A stretch of 38,046 nt of DNA from Candidatus Pacearchaeota archaeon. GTDB lineage: Archaea > Nanobdellota > Nanobdellia > Pacearchaeales > DTIR01. The stretch spans positions 1-38,046 of the forward strand of contig JACRHU010000002.1 of assembly GCA_016211995.1 (NCBI GenBank), written 5' to 3'. The notes under the pieces were generated by a model, which did no database searches, was not told where the DNA came from, and worked only from the letters and a program-made list of their open reading frames with translations. Positions 11,821-21,945 of this stretch are shown in pieces (within the stretch, counting starts at the first letter, position 1; each line of letters starts with the position of its first letter). The position numbers and the translations under genes were made by a program.

Positions 11821-12102
11821 ATGTCAGAACAAAAACTTGAAAAAATAACTGAAAAAATTTTGCTTGCTGATTTATTTAAAGATGAAGGTGCTGTACAAAT
11901 ACTAGAAGAATATGGTTTTCCATGTATAGGCTGTCAACATCTTAAAAATGAATTAGGATTTCTAAGTCTAGAAAGCGTATCTGTTGGTTATGGACTTGAT
12001 GTTAAAGATATGATTAAAGACTTAAACAGTTATTTAGATAATAGAGAATTATATGAAATGGAGGGTATATTAAAGAAAAATGAAGATAAAGAAAAAAGTT
12101 AG
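11821..12102 (+). CDS. DUF1858-like (ScdA-N-like) small redox/Fe-S protein
   Basis: YGFPCIGC..SLE..YGLD..LN. Confidence 0.75.
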   Translation: MSEQKLEKITEKILLADLFKDEGAVQILEEYGFPCIGCQHLKNELGFLSLESVSVGYGLDVKDMIKDLNSYLDNRELYEMEGILKKNEDKEKS

Positions 12103-12319
12103 AAAAATTAGCAAAGAAGCGATAACAAAAAATATGGATTTTGCTAGTGTTATGCACAAACATCCTGAAACAGCAGAAGTTTTTTTTAAGCATGGAATGG
12201 CCTGCTTTGGTTGCCCGATGGCAATGTCTGAGAGCATAGAGGCCGGAGCTATTGCACATGGCATTAATCCTGATAAGCTTGTTGATGAGCTAAATAAAGC
12301 TTTGAAAAAGAAAAAATAA
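12080..12319 (+). CDS. DUF1858 domain protein
   Basis: HPET..HGMACFGC..ESIE.GA..HGI..LN. Confidence 0.85.
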   Translation: MKIKKKVRKISKEAITKNMDFASVMHKHPETAEVFFKHGMACFGCPMAMSESIEAGAIAHGINPDKLVDELNKALKKKK

Positions 12320-12436
12320 GAATCGTTAATTAAATTGTTGGCAATGACAGGCCAACACAAATGCAAACCTGTCATCAAAAAAATCTATAAGATTTTTAGG
12401 ATCCCAGAAATCTATTATTTCTGCTAATAGGTTTGA
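12316..12436 (+). repeat. Element B copy 5 (filled with element A)
   Basis: AATAA..TGTTGGC-AATGACAG-GCCAACA-CAAA-TGCAAACCTGTC-AT-[A]..AGGTTTGA. Confidence 0.75.
12376..12423. repeat. Element A copy 4
   Basis: AAAAATC-TATAA-GATTTTT / AGGATCC / CAGAAAT-CTATT-ATTTCTG. Confidence 0.85.
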
Positions 12437-12474
12437 TACTTAATGATTAAAAACAAAAATAAGAAGGAGAAAAA

Positions 12475-12729
12475 ATGCCAGTATATGAATATAGATGCAA
12501 GGACTGCAATGCCAAATTCGAAGTTTTATACAGACAGGGGGATGAAGTGAAGTGCGAGTGTGGCTCAGAGAATTTAGAAAAATTAGTCTCAACTTTTGCT
12601 CTGAAAATAACCGGAACACATTTTGTAGGAGAAAAGAAAATAGAAGAATATGAGTGCGACTCATGTGAAGATAAGAAATGTGAGATGAAAAATTTAGTGG
12701 AAGGAGGAAAAAATGACAATAAATTATAG
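12475..12729 (+). CDS. FmdB-family zinc-ribbon protein
   Basis: MPVYEYRCKDC..FEVL..CECGS..LEKLVS. Confidence 0.88.
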   Translation: MPVYEYRCKDCNAKFEVLYRQGDEVKCECGSENLEKLVSTFALKITGTHFVGEKKIEEYECDSCEDKKCEMKNLVEGGKNDNKL

Positions 12730-13108
12730 CAAGAAGGTAATGCAACATTTTTTTCACCCCAAACATGCTAACGAAATGAAGAATTTTAGTATCAAAGGCA
12801 GGATGGGGAATATAAAATGTGGAGATATTATGGAATTTTATCTAAAAATAAAAGATGATAAGATTATTGATGCTTCTTTTAAAACTTACGGATGTACTGC
12901 TGCAATTGCATGCTCGGATGTATTATGTGATCTTGTGATAGGCAAAAAAATAAAGGATGCCTTAAAAATAACAGCAAAAGATATTTACAATGCTCTCGGT
13001 CAATTACCCCCTCAAAAATATCACTGCTCTGTTCTTGGTATGCAAACATTTAGAAAAGCTATTAAGAATTATTCAAAAAAACAAAAGAAATATGAAAAAG
13101 TTTTTTAA
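12713..13108 (+). CDS. iscU: Fe-S scaffold IscU/NifU-N with replacement C-terminal helix
   Basis: YS.KVM.HF, KCGD, TYGC.AAIA, LPPQKYHCSVLG. Confidence 0.93.
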   Translation: MTINYSKKVMQHFFHPKHANEMKNFSIKGRMGNIKCGDIMEFYLKIKDDKIIDASFKTYGCTAAIACSDVLCDLVIGKKIKDALKITAKDIYNALGQLPPQKYHCSVLGMQTFRKAIKNYSKKQKKYEKVF

Positions 13109-13883
13109 AAAAGAAAAATTGAATAAGCTTATAGAATTAGCCAGAACAAAAAAATATTCTGCACCAAAACTTGCTAAAAAATTTAGATGTGATAGAAAGA
13201 CTATTTTCAGAATACTTAAAGATAAAGAGATTATGCTCCCTAATCTCGGGCGATTTAAAAAAAGAATTTATTGTAATGAAAAATTCTTTAAAAAATTAAA
13301 TAAAATTTCTGCTTATTGGTTAGGATTTATTGCAGCTGATGGTGTTCTTTCTTTAAGAGATAAAAGTGTATTGATATGCTTATCAGAAAAAGATAAAAAA
13401 CATTTGTATAAATTTAAAAAAGCCATTAAAACAAATGCTAAAATTGGACTTATAAAAAGTAATAGGAGTGCCCACATAGGGATTTGTGATAAAGATCTAT
13501 TTGAATCATTAGTTGAAAGAGGCGTAACCCCAAATAAAAGTTTAAGCATAAAAAAGGTTAAATTCCCACAAAGGCTAAGTTCTCATTTTATTCGTGGTGT
13601 GTTTGATGGTGATGGAAGCATAAGCGGTTCTGATATTTCCCATATTCAGCTTATGATTGCTGGGAATAAGGAGTTCCTAGAACAATTACAAGATATATTA
13701 ATTAAGAATTGTAAGTTAAATAGAGTTAAACTTTATAGATTAACTAAAGGTAATGCCTATAAACTTCAGTATACTGGCCCACAAATATTTAAAATTTTGA
13801 AATTTTTGTATAGAAACTCTAATAAAAATATGAGATTAGATAGAAAATATACAAAATATCTAATATTCAAAAGAAAGTTTAAA
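13040..13883 (+). mobile_element. 844-bp homing endonuclease cassette inserted in the iscU 3' end
   Basis: Removing it restores in-frame HCSVLG-ADALHAAILDYENKKRKNI*, a canonical IscU C-terminus. Confidence 0.8.
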
Positions 13884-13943
13884 GCAGATGCGTTGCATGC
13901 AGCAATTCTCGATTATGAAAACAAAAAAAGAAAGAATATCTAA
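13092..13943 (+). CDS. Two-motif LAGLIDADG homing endonuclease with N-terminal HTH
   Basis: AYWLGFIAADG and HFIRGVFDGDG motifs; HTH SAPKLAKKFRCDRKTIFRIL; ATG at 13092 overlaps the iscU end. Confidence 0.9.
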   Translation: MKKFFKKEKLNKLIELARTKKYSAPKLAKKFRCDRKTIFRILKDKEIMLPNLGRFKKRIYCNEKFFKKLNKISAYWLGFIAADGVLSLRDKSVLICLSEKDKKHLYKFKKAIKTNAKIGLIKSNRSAHIGICDKDLFESLVERGVTPNKSLSIKKVKFPQRLSSHFIRGVFDGDGSISGSDISHIQLMIAGNKEFLEQLQDILIKNCKLNRVKLYRLTKGNAYKLQYTGPQIFKILKFLYRNSNKNMRLDRKYTKYLIFKRKFKADALHAAILDYENKKRKNI

Positions 13944-14574
13944 AATTTTCAAGATTCTTGGTAAATTTTATGAGAAATCTGAAAAGCCGACTATAAGAAA
14001 GACATCTGAAAAAAATGATCCCTTTAAAACTTTGATTACATGTTTGCTTTCTCTGCGTACACAGGATAAAAATACAGCAAAAACTTCTACTGCACTCTTC
14101 GCAGTTGCAGATACTCCTGACAAAATTGTTAAACTTCCTGTTAAGCAACTTGAAAAGCTGATTTACTCTTCTGGGTATTACAAAAACAAAGCAAGAACGA
14201 TCAAACATGTTTCTCAAGTGATATTAGAAGAGCATGATGGAAAAGTTCCTGAATCTGAGTATGAACTGCTTAATATAAAGGGAATAGGAAGAAAAACAGC
14301 CAATATTGTGTTGAGTTTTGCTTTTAAGAAAGAGGTCATCCCTGTTGATACCCATGTTCATGTTGTTTCAAATCGTTTAGGATGGGCTAAAACAAAAAAT
14401 GCTACTCAAACTGAGCTGGAGTTAATGAAAGTTGTTCCTCGAGCGTATTGGAAAGAGCTGAATACTATTTTTGTTTTGTTTGGCAAGGAGATATGCATAA
14501 CTCAGTCTCCTCTTTGTAGTAAATGTCCCGTTTCAAAGCTTTGTCCAAGAATTGGAGTTAAGAGGAGCAGATAG
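13915..14574 (+). CDS. nth: Endonuclease III
   Basis: LSLRTQD, HhH GIGRKTAN, VDTHV, C-X6-C-X2-C-X5-C Fe-S motif. Confidence 0.94.
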   Translation: MKTKKERISKIFKILGKFYEKSEKPTIRKTSEKNDPFKTLITCLLSLRTQDKNTAKTSTALFAVADTPDKIVKLPVKQLEKLIYSSGYYKNKARTIKHVSQVILEEHDGKVPESEYELLNIKGIGRKTANIVLSFAFKKEVIPVDTHVHVVSNRLGWAKTKNATQTELELMKVVPRAYWKELNTIFVLFGKEICITQSPLCSKCPVSKLCPRIGVKRSR

Positions 14575-14622
14575 ACAAATTTAAATAAGTATATCAGCAT
14601 AGAAATATAAAGGAGGTGTAAA

Positions 14623-14847
14623 ATGTTAGAAGAAAAGACTATAAATGTCAAAGGAATTAAAGGCTGTGGCTGTGCAGACAGTCTGGCGGAGTCTTTAAAG
14701 TGTATTGGTGTAGAAAAAGTTTGCATTGATGCTAAGAGTGGAAAAGTCAATTTGAAATATGATTCCTGCAAAGTAGACTATGAAAAAATAAAGGGAAAGA
14801 TAAAAGATTCTGGTTATGAGATTGAATGTAAAAGCTGCTGTAAATAG
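14623..14847 (+). CDS. CopZ-like HMA domain protein with atypical GIKGCGC motif
   Basis: HMA-fold pattern (GV..V.ID...V...YD...I...GYE); SD-like GGAGGT upstream. Confidence 0.75.
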   Translation: MLEEKTINVKGIKGCGCADSLAESLKCIGVEKVCIDAKSGKVNLKYDSCKVDYEKIKGKIKDSGYEIECKSCCK

Positions 14848-14972
14848 AAATTTTAGAGAGTTGAATTAAATGTTTTAATGAGAGATTAAGAAAAATTTTA
14901 TTAGATGTATCTATCAATACCGATAGAACTATAATCGATTAACTTTTTAAATGACTAAGTTAAAATATTAAA

Positions 14973-15467
14973 ATGGAAAATAGGCAAGTAGGATATATTA
15001 TAATTGGAATGGCTGTTGTGATTGGAATTATAATTTTTCTTTTTAACAGTGCATTAAAAGATATTGTAGGGACTTCATGTTCTCATGGAACAACCTGTCC
15101 AATGTATGGGGATATAAAAACTCAGACAATTATTGGGCTCGTTTTAGTAGGCATAATTGCAATAATAGGTATTGTACTTATTTTTGGTAAGGAAAAAGAA
15201 AAGATAATTGTAAGGACTAGAAAAATTAAGGATGAACTTGCAGAAAAGCTGAAAGAAGAAAAAGAAAAAAATCTTAAATTGTTGAACAAAGAGGAAAAAG
15301 CAATTTATGTAATTTTAATGAAAGAAGGAAGCATGTTCCAGGCAGATATAGTTGACAAGTCAGGATTTGGAAAAGTAAAGGTTACAAGAATTCTTGACAG
15401 GCTTGAAAGCAAGAACCTTATTGAAAGAAAAAGAAGAGGAATGAATAATATAGTGGTCATAAGATAA
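14973..15467 (+). CDS. Membrane-anchored winged-helix regulator (2 TM + MarR-like wHTH)
   Basis: Two TMs flanking CSHGTTCPM; FQADIV..KVKVTRILDRLE..LIERKRRGM. Confidence 0.85.
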   Translation: MENRQVGYIIIGMAVVIGIIIFLFNSALKDIVGTSCSHGTTCPMYGDIKTQTIIGLVLVGIIAIIGIVLIFGKEKEKIIVRTRKIKDELAEKLKEEKEKNLKLLNKEEKAIYVILMKEGSMFQADIVDKSGFGKVKVTRILDRLESKNLIERKRRGMNNIVVIR

Positions 15468-15495
15468 TTAGAAGTTACTAAGGAAGTTGAACCAT

Positions 15496-15545
15496 CATAA
15501 AATCCTTATGGATTTTAGGATCCTGAAAATCTTTTGATTTTCATG
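15496..15545. repeat. Element A copy 5 (50 bp, AT on both sides)
   Basis: TAAAATCC-TTAT-GGATTTTA / GGATCC / TGAAAATC-TTTT-GATTTTCA; AT at 15494-95 and 15546-47. Confidence 0.88.
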
Positions 15546-15567
15546 ATAAGAAACCTTGGTTTCTTAG

Positions 15568-15587
15568 GTATGAAACTAGTTTCATAC
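15568..15587. promoter_or_regulatory. Perfect 20-bp palindrome upstream of the copper operon promoter
   Basis: GTATGAAACT-AGTTTCATAC immediately before TTCATTAATA. Confidence 0.55.
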
Positions 15588-15621
15588 AAATTCATTAATA
15601 GTTCTTTTTTCTGGGTTTTTT

Positions 15622-17031
15622 ATGAAAAAGTTATTTAAGATAAAAGGAATGCACTGTAATTCGTGTGAGAGATTGATTGAGATTGAATTGAAAGATAGAG
15701 TTAGCAGCATAAAAGTAAGTTATGCAAAAAATGAAGCATTGATTGATTTTGATCCTGAAAAGATAAGTGAAAAAGAAATAACTGAAAGCATTAAAAAATT
15801 AGGTTATGAAGTTATCTCACAGAATTCAAATGCTCCTGTAAAGAAAGATAGAGTCGGTTTATTTGTTTTGATAGGCGTAAGCATATTAGCCTTGTTTTTT
15901 TTATATTATCTGTTTGGCTCGAGCATTAAAATTCCTGAATTTAAGATTCCAGAGATAGGAGAAAATGTAAGTTTGGTTTTATTGTTTATTGCTGGATTGC
16001 TTGTAGGATTTCATTGTGTATCTATGTGTGGAGGCTTTGTTGTTTCATACACAGCCAAGAATGCATTAAATGGCCATAAGAGTTTGAAACAACACCTTGT
16101 TTATGGTGGTTCAAAAGTAGTTTCATATGCTATTATAGGGGGAATTTTTGGTTTAATAGGAGGAATAATTGCTTTTAGCACTAAATTGCGCGGATGGGTT
16201 GCAATTCTTGCTGGATTATTTATGATATTTTATGCATTAAGCATGTGTGGCATTGCATTTTTCAGAAGATTTCAATTTAATCCTAAATTTTTATCAAAAG
16301 TTGCTAGCAGGACACCAAAAGGACCATATGCAGGACCATTCTTTACAGGTTTGTTAAATGGATTATTCATTGCTTGCGGACCATTGCAAGCAATGTATCT
16401 TTATGCAGCAGGAACAGGAAGCTTTGTGAAAGGAGCAACAAGCTTGGCTGTTTTTGGTTTTGGAACTATTCCAGTAATGCTTGGATTCGGAAGTCTTGCT
16501 ACTGTAATAAGCCATAGCACTACAAGAAAAATTTTGAAAATTTCAGCAGTCATTGTTCTGATACTTGGATTAGTAATGTTAAACAGAGGATTAGCCTTAA
16601 CTGGAACAAATTTTGGATTAAGTTCGATAAAACCTAGCAGTAATGGAAATGTTATTAGTGGGAATATAGTAAATGGTGTTCAGGAAATAAATATGAATGT
16701 TGATGCGAGCGGTTATCATCCTAACTCTTTTGTCCTGAAAAAAGGAATTCCTGTAAAATGGAATGTGAATGTCAAAGAGCTGACAGGATGTAACAGTGAA
16801 TTAGTAGTAAATGACTACAAAATAGATGCAAGATTAAAACAAGGATTGAATGTCTTTGAATTTACTCCTGATAAAGTTGGAACAGTGAGATTCAGCTGTG
16901 GGATGGGGATGTTGCAAGGAAGTTTTATTGTTACAGAGAGTGGTGAGGCAACACAGCAACAAATTAATTCTGCTACTCCAAAATCTTCTGGAAGCTGCGG
17001 TATGGGTAGCGGATGTGGATGTGGAATGTGA
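15622..17031 (+). CDS. HMA + DsbD_2/TauE-like membrane domain + cupredoxin-like domain protein
   Basis: GMHCNSC; FHCVSMCGG; ACGPLQ; FSCGMGM. Confidence 0.88.
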   Translation: MKKLFKIKGMHCNSCERLIEIELKDRVSSIKVSYAKNEALIDFDPEKISEKEITESIKKLGYEVISQNSNAPVKKDRVGLFVLIGVSILALFFLYYLFGSSIKIPEFKIPEIGENVSLVLLFIAGLLVGFHCVSMCGGFVVSYTAKNALNGHKSLKQHLVYGGSKVVSYAIIGGIFGLIGGIIAFSTKLRGWVAILAGLFMIFYALSMCGIAFFRRFQFNPKFLSKVASRTPKGPYAGPFFTGLLNGLFIACGPLQAMYLYAAGTGSFVKGATSLAVFGFGTIPVMLGFGSLATVISHSTTRKILKISAVIVLILGLVMLNRGLALTGTNFGLSSIKPSSNGNVISGNIVNGVQEINMNVDASGYHPNSFVLKKGIPVKWNVNVKELTGCNSELVVNDYKIDARLKQGLNVFEFTPDKVGTVRFSCGMGMLQGSFIVTESGEATQQQINSATPKSSGSCGMGSGCGCGM

Positions 17032-17075
17032 TTTAGAATAAAGAATTTTATAAAGTTGATTGGATATATTATAGA

Positions 17076-19262
17076 ATGAGAAAAGTTGATTTTAGAATAA
17101 CTGGAATGCATTGTGCTAGCTGTGCTACCTTAATAACCAATGGCTTACAAAAAGATCCTGCTGTAAAATACGCAAATGTTAATCTCACAACAGAAAAAGC
17201 AACTGTAGAGTTTGATGAGAGCAGAACAAGTGAAGCAAAAATTATTAGTATAATTCAAAGTCTAGGTTATGGTGTAGAGATTTCTTCATTGGATAAATAT
17301 AAAGAAGAGGCAAAAAGAAAGAAAAAATTAATGGATTTAAAAAAATTGGTAATTTTCAGCTTAATTTTTGCTATTCCTGCTTTTCTCATGGGAATGGTTT
17401 TTATGTGGATTGGGATAGAAATTCCTTATAAAAATTATATTCTGTTTGCATTAGCAACACCTGTACAATTTATTGTTGGTAGAAGAATATATCAAAGCGC
17501 AATTAGTGCATTAAAGCATAAAACAGCAAATATGGACAGCTTGATAGCACTTGGAACAAGCGCAGCTTATTTCTTTAGCGTTTACGTGACTTTATTTGCA
17601 CCTATGCAAGACCAATATTTTGAAGCTGCTGCAATTCTGATTACTTTTGTTATGGTTGGAAGATATCTTGAAGCTGTAGCTAAAGGAAAAACAAGTGAAG
17701 CTATAAAAAAATTAATGAACCTGTCTCCAAAAATTGCAATAGTGATAAAAAATGGAAAAGAGATTAAAATTAAAGTTGATGAGCTGATTGTAGGAGATAT
17801 TATTATTGTAAAGCCTGGAGAAAGAATTCCAGTTGATGGAATTATAATTAATGGTGAATCTGCTATTGATGAATCCATGCTTACAGGCGAAAGCATGCCT
17901 GTTGAAAAGAAAAAAGGAGATACAGTAATAGGAGCTACAATAAACAAGTATGGAAGTTTTAAGTTTAAGGCAACAAAAGTCGGAGCAAATACTACACTCT
18001 CTCAAATAATAAAGCTGATAGAGGACGCCCAAGGAAAAAAGGCTCCTATCCAAAGATTTGCAGATAAAATTTCTGCTTATTTTGTTCCTGTTGTAATAGC
18101 TATTTCTTTAATAGCTTTCTCTATATGGTATTTTGTTATAGGGATGCCTTTTTCCTTTGCTCTTATAATTGCTGTGTCTGTTCTTGTCATAGCATGCCCC
18201 TGTGCTTTAGGATTAGCTACGCCAACAGCAATAATGGTTGGAACAGGAATGGGAGCTGAAAAAGGAATTTTAATAAAAGGAGGAGATGCTTTAGAAACTG
18301 CACATAAGATAAAAGTAGTAGTTTTCGATAAAACAGGAACACTCACAAAAGGAAAACCAGAGGTTACTGATATAATTTCATTAAACAAAAAAGAAAAAGA
18401 ATTGCTAGAGATTACTGCAAGCATTGAACAGCATTCAGAGCATCCTCTTGCGCAAGCAATAGTCCAAAAAGCAAAAGATTTCAGAATAAACTTGAAAAAG
18501 ATAAGGAGCTTTAAAGCAATTCCTGGCCATGGAGTTGAAGGAATTTATGGAAAAAACAAGATTATTGTAGGAAAACCAGAATATCTTAAGAGAATACGTT
18601 CTCTAACAAAATTAGAAGAAAAAATTTCTGAGCTGGAGAATAATGGAAAAACAGTAGTTGTTACTTGTATGAATAAAAAGATTTTGGGGATAATAGCAAT
18701 AGCTGACACTCCTAGACCTGATTCAATAAGCGCTGTAAAAGTATTACAGCAAAGTGGGATATTTGTTTATATGATTACAGGAGATAATAAAAGAACAGCA
18801 AATGCAATTGCAAAACAACTTGGAATTAATCATGTACTTGCAGAAGTTTTGCCAGAAGATAAAGCAAAAAAAATAAAAGAATTGCAAAAACATGGAAAAA
18901 TTGTTGCAATGGTAGGTGATGGAATAAATGATGCTCCTGCTCTTGCGCAGGCAGATATTGGCATAGCAATTAGATCTGGCACAGATGTTGCAATGGAAAC
19001 AGGAAATATTGTTTTAATGAATAATTCAACATTAGATGTTATAAAAGCAATAAAATTAAGCAAAATGACTTTAAAAAAGATAAAACAAAATATGTTCTGG
19101 GCGTTATTTTACAATTCAATGGGAATTCCAATTGCTGCAGGATTGCTATATCCTGTTACAGGGTGGTTGCTTTCTCCAGTAATTGCAGGAGGAGCAATGG
19201 CTCTTTCATCTGTGAGTGTTGTTTTGAATACACTATTAATGAAGAGATATAAAATTAAATAA
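17076..19262 (+). CDS. copA: Cu(I)-exporting P1B-1 ATPase
   Basis: GMHCASC, TGES, CPC, DKTGT, SEHP, GDGIND, YN, MALSS. Confidence 0.96.
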   Translation: MRKVDFRITGMHCASCATLITNGLQKDPAVKYANVNLTTEKATVEFDESRTSEAKIISIIQSLGYGVEISSLDKYKEEAKRKKKLMDLKKLVIFSLIFAIPAFLMGMVFMWIGIEIPYKNYILFALATPVQFIVGRRIYQSAISALKHKTANMDSLIALGTSAAYFFSVYVTLFAPMQDQYFEAAAILITFVMVGRYLEAVAKGKTSEAIKKLMNLSPKIAIVIKNGKEIKIKVDELIVGDIIIVKPGERIPVDGIIINGESAIDESMLTGESMPVEKKKGDTVIGATINKYGSFKFKATKVGANTTLSQIIKLIEDAQGKKAPIQRFADKISAYFVPVVIAISLIAFSIWYFVIGMPFSFALIIAVSVLVIACPCALGLATPTAIMVGTGMGAEKGILIKGGDALETAHKIKVVVFDKTGTLTKGKPEVTDIISLNKKEKELLEITASIEQHSEHPLAQAIVQKAKDFRINLKKIRSFKAIPGHGVEGIYGKNKIIVGKPEYLKRIRSLTKLEEKISELENNGKTVVVTCMNKKILGIIAIADTPRPDSISAVKVLQQSGIFVYMITGDNKRTANAIAKQLGINHVLAEVLPEDKAKKIKELQKHGKIVAMVGDGINDAPALAQADIGIAIRSGTDVAMETGNIVLMNNSTLDVIKAIKLSKMTLKKIKQNMFWALFYNSMGIPIAAGLLYPVTGWLLSPVIAGGAMALSSVSVVLNTLLMKRYKIK

Positions 19263-19286
19263 AAATAAGATACAGAAATATTAATA

Positions 19287-19532
19287 TCACTCAACCTCTA
19301 TCCCAATTCTATAATATGCTCCTTCTTGTTGTGCATAAACAATCTTATAACCATAATTTTTTATGCTTTTAACAATATCGCCGCAAAAACTTTCATCAAT
19401 TATTGCCTCAAGAATCCTTTTTTTATTTTCTGATTGTATCTCCTCAATCTTTAAGATTATTTTTGTGAAATTCATAGGGCATACCTCTCCCCTCAAATCA
19501 AGAACTTCTTTTTCTTGTTTTTCTTCTGTCAT
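19287..19532 (-). CDS. TusA/SirA-family sulfur carrier
   Basis: LDLRGEVCPMN. Confidence 0.88.
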   Translation of the reverse strand: MTEEKQEKEVLDLRGEVCPMNFTKIILKIEEIQSENKKRILEAIIDESFCGDIVKSIKNYGYKIVYAQQEGAYYRIGIEVE

Positions 19533-19647
19533 TTTAGTTGATAAGTTATGTTGCCTTCTATTTAAATTTCTGATAATATCGATATTCTTCTTTCAATTTA
19601 TGATAGTTATCTACTATCATTTTTATTCTTCTATCTTATTCTCTATT

Positions 19648-19875
19648 CTAAATCTGATACTCTGGAGCTGGAATTTTCCTGCCCCATTTTACGTTTTCCC
19701 ACGCCCTTTCATGATAATAATAAAGAACAAACCTAATAGCATGAAATGTCAAGGAGATTACACCTGTCTCTGCCCAATTGCCTGTAATAAAATATGTTAT
19801 AGCTCCGAGTATAATAATGCCTATTATACGCCATGTCAATGACTTCATAATGGATCTTTTTCTTGTGTCTCTCAT
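19648..19875 (-). CDS. DUF2061 membrane protein
   Basis: RSIMKSLTWR..YYYHERAW..VKWG. Confidence 0.9.
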   Translation of the reverse strand: MRDTRKRSIMKSLTWRIIGIIILGAITYFITGNWAETGVISLTFHAIRFVLYYYHERAWENVKWGRKIPAPEYQI

Positions 19876-19880
19876 TTTAT

Positions 19881-19966
19881 CAAAAAAACCTGTTGGTTTT
19901 TAGGATGCTAAAAACAGAAAACTGCATTCTTTAGATTGCAGATGAATGTTTTCTGTTTTTTTCATA
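19881..19966. repeat. Element A copy 6 (diverged, extended second arm)
   Basis: AT-C-AAAAACC-TGTT-GGTTTTT / AGGATGC / AAAAACAGAAAAC..GTTTTCTGTTTTT..CATA-AT. Confidence 0.7.
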
Positions 19967-19998
19967 ATATCACATTTTTTTAATAGATATGAGAAGAA

Positions 19999-20913
19999 TT
20001 ATGCCCAAAGTTCTGTACTCAGGTATCTTTCGCCTGTATCTGGCAATATAACTACAACCTTTTTTTTCTTCCCCAGTCTTTTTGCTACTTGCAATGCTGC
20101 AGAGACATTTGCCCCGGATGAGATTCCTGCAAAAATTCCTTCATATTTTGCAAGTTTTCTTGCAGTCTCCATTGCATCTTCATTTGAAACCTTTATTATC
20201 TCATCAACAAGTTTTGTATTCAGAACATTTGGGATAAATCCTGCACCAATTCCTTGTATTTTATGCGGTCCAGGTTTTTCTCCAGACAAAACAGCAGAGT
20301 CTTTTGGCTCTACTGCTATAATTTTTATTGAGCTATTTTTTTTCTTTAAAATTTCTCCTACACCGGTTATTGTTCCGCCTGTTCCAACACCTGCAACAAA
20401 TGCATCTAAATCAGGAACTTGCTCTAAAATTTCTTTTGCTGTTGTCTTACGATGAATTTCAGGATTTGCGAGATTGTTAAATTGTTGAGGCTGGAAATAA
20501 CTATATTTTTTTGCAAGCTCTTCTGCTTTTTCAACTGCCCCCCGCATTCCTTTTAAGCCCTCTGTTAATATTAGCTGTACACCAAATGCTTTCAATATTT
20601 TCCTTATTTCAATACTCATTGTTTCTGGCATTGTTACAATCAATTTATATCCTTTAACAGCACAAACAAATGCAAGTCCAATGCCTGTATTCCCCGATGT
20701 TGCTTCTATAATTGTTGAATTTTTTTTAAGCCTGCCTTGTTTCTCTGCAGATTCAATCATCGCTAGGCAAATTCTATCCTTCACAGAGCTCATAGGATTA
20801 AATGATTCTAGTTTGGCATAAATAGTTGCAGAATTTTTATCTGTTACTCTATTCAATCTAACAACTGGTGTGTCTCCTATAAGCTCCAGTATATTTTTTG
20901 CTACTTTTGCCAT
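19999..20913 (-). CDS. cysK: Cysteine synthase A
   Basis: SSVKDR PLP lysine, [27 protein letters not shown]. Confidence 0.96.
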   Translation of the reverse strand: MAKVAKNILELIGDTPVVRLNRVTDKNSATIYAKLESFNPMSSVKDRICLAMIESAEKQGRLKKNSTIIEATSGNTGIGLAFVCAVKGYKLIVTMPETMSIEIRKILKAFGVQLILTEGLKGMRGAVEKAEELAKKYSYFQPQQFNNLANPEIHRKTTAKEILEQVPDLDAFVAGVGTGGTITGVGEILKKKNSSIKIIAVEPKDSAVLSGEKPGPHKIQGIGAGFIPNVLNTKLVDEIIKVSNEDAMETARKLAKYEGIFAGISSGANVSAALQVAKRLGKKKKVVVILPDTGERYLSTELWA

Positions 20914-20914
20914 T

Positions 20915-21205
20915 TTAATTTATATTTCCCCCATAAATATTATTTTGATTTTCATCTTTTATTAATGCTACATCTTTCCAGTAAACTATGAAGGTATGAG
21001 TATAAAGAGTATCTGGTTTTTCGCCCAGATAAAAAAAATCAGAAGAAACATGCTTCAAATATCCTTCTTTTTTAATTTCTGTATTCTCTCCGCATGTTAC
21101 TATTATCTTTTTCTCAAGATATTCTTCCAAGGTTTTACATGGAAATTTTTCTATTTCAGTTTTTTCTACTGTATTATTATTTTTTCTTCTTCCAAATATT
21201 TTCAT
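20915..21205 (-). CDS. Hypothetical protein, possibly Sm/Hfq-like small beta fold
   Basis: ATGA overlap with cys[26 protein letters not shown] pattern. Confidence 0.55.
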   Translation of the reverse strand: MKIFGRRKNNNTVEKTEIEKFPCKTLEEYLEKKIIVTCGENTEIKKEGYLKHVSSDFFYLGEKPDTLYTHTFIVYWKDVALIKDENQNNIYGGNIN

Positions 21206-21936
21206 TTTAACCTTTTTGTGTGAATCCCACACTCGCCGCCATGCTTAGCTGTTCCTTGCCATCTTCCTGCTCTTTCTGATTCATCTTCATCTGTAACTTT
21301 TGAGCATGGCGCACATCCAAGGCTCCTATAACCTTCTGCATACAAAGGATTTGCAGGAATTTGGTTTATAGCAAGATACCTCCATACATCAAGCTCTGTC
21401 CATTCAAGAATAGGATTTATTTTTGTTATGTTTCCTATTATTTCAATTTCTTGAAAATTTTCTCTAGTGAATCCTTCTGTCTTCCTTAAACCTGCAATCC
21501 ATGCATCTAAATTTTTAACAGCTTCCTGAGTTGGCACAACTTTTAAAAGCCCGCAGCATTCATCTGGGCACACAGAATACATCTCCTTGTTTAGTTCTTT
21601 CCTTACATAATCTGATTCTTTTTCAAAATCTTCATAAGGCAATAAAACAACATTCACTTGTTCTAGAATTTCAGGAGTCTCTTTTGCAACAACATAGACA
21701 AGAGTATTAAGATCAAATTTTTTATTTATCTCAACAAGATATTCCAAAGTTTTTTGGGGTTTATAAATTGTCATGATTGAAAATACTGAAATTTCGGGAG
21801 CAACTGTTCTTGCTAGATGAACAGTAACCATACTATCCTTCCCGAAAGAACAGCCAACAGCTATCCTTTCATATTTTTTTGCACTTTCAGCTATTAATTC
21901 TTTTGAATGTTCTATTTTGTCTATAAACGTTGCCAT
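21202..21936 (-). CDS. cysH: APS/PAPS reductase, [4Fe-4S] (APS-type)
   Basis: SFGKDS, CCGLLKV, SLGCAPC, RAGRW, ECGIH. Confidence 0.92.
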   Translation of the reverse strand: MATFIDKIEHSKELIAESAKKYERIAVGCSFGKDSMVTVHLARTVAPEISVFSIMTIYKPQKTLEYLVEINKKFDLNTLVYVVAKETPEILEQVNVVLLPYEDFEKESDYVRKELNKEMYSVCPDECCGLLKVVPTQEAVKNLDAWIAGLRKTEGFTRENFQEIEIIGNITKINPILEWTELDVWRYLAINQIPANPLYAEGYRSLGCAPCSKVTDEDESERAGRWQGTAKHGGECGIHTKRLK

Positions 21937-21945
21937 TTTTCTTGT

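Noticed and set aside
12990..13091. Longer start of the endonuclease (and 13888 start for nth)
   Set aside because: These extensions overlap conserved iscU-derived sequence out of frame; ATG 13092 and 13915 fit better.
13040..13883. Intein or self-splicing/BHB intron in iscU
   Set aside because: The insert is 844 bp (not a multiple of 3) with no C/S...HN intein ends. It is almost all coding, leaving no room for a group I/II core, and I see no BHB pairing at the junctions.
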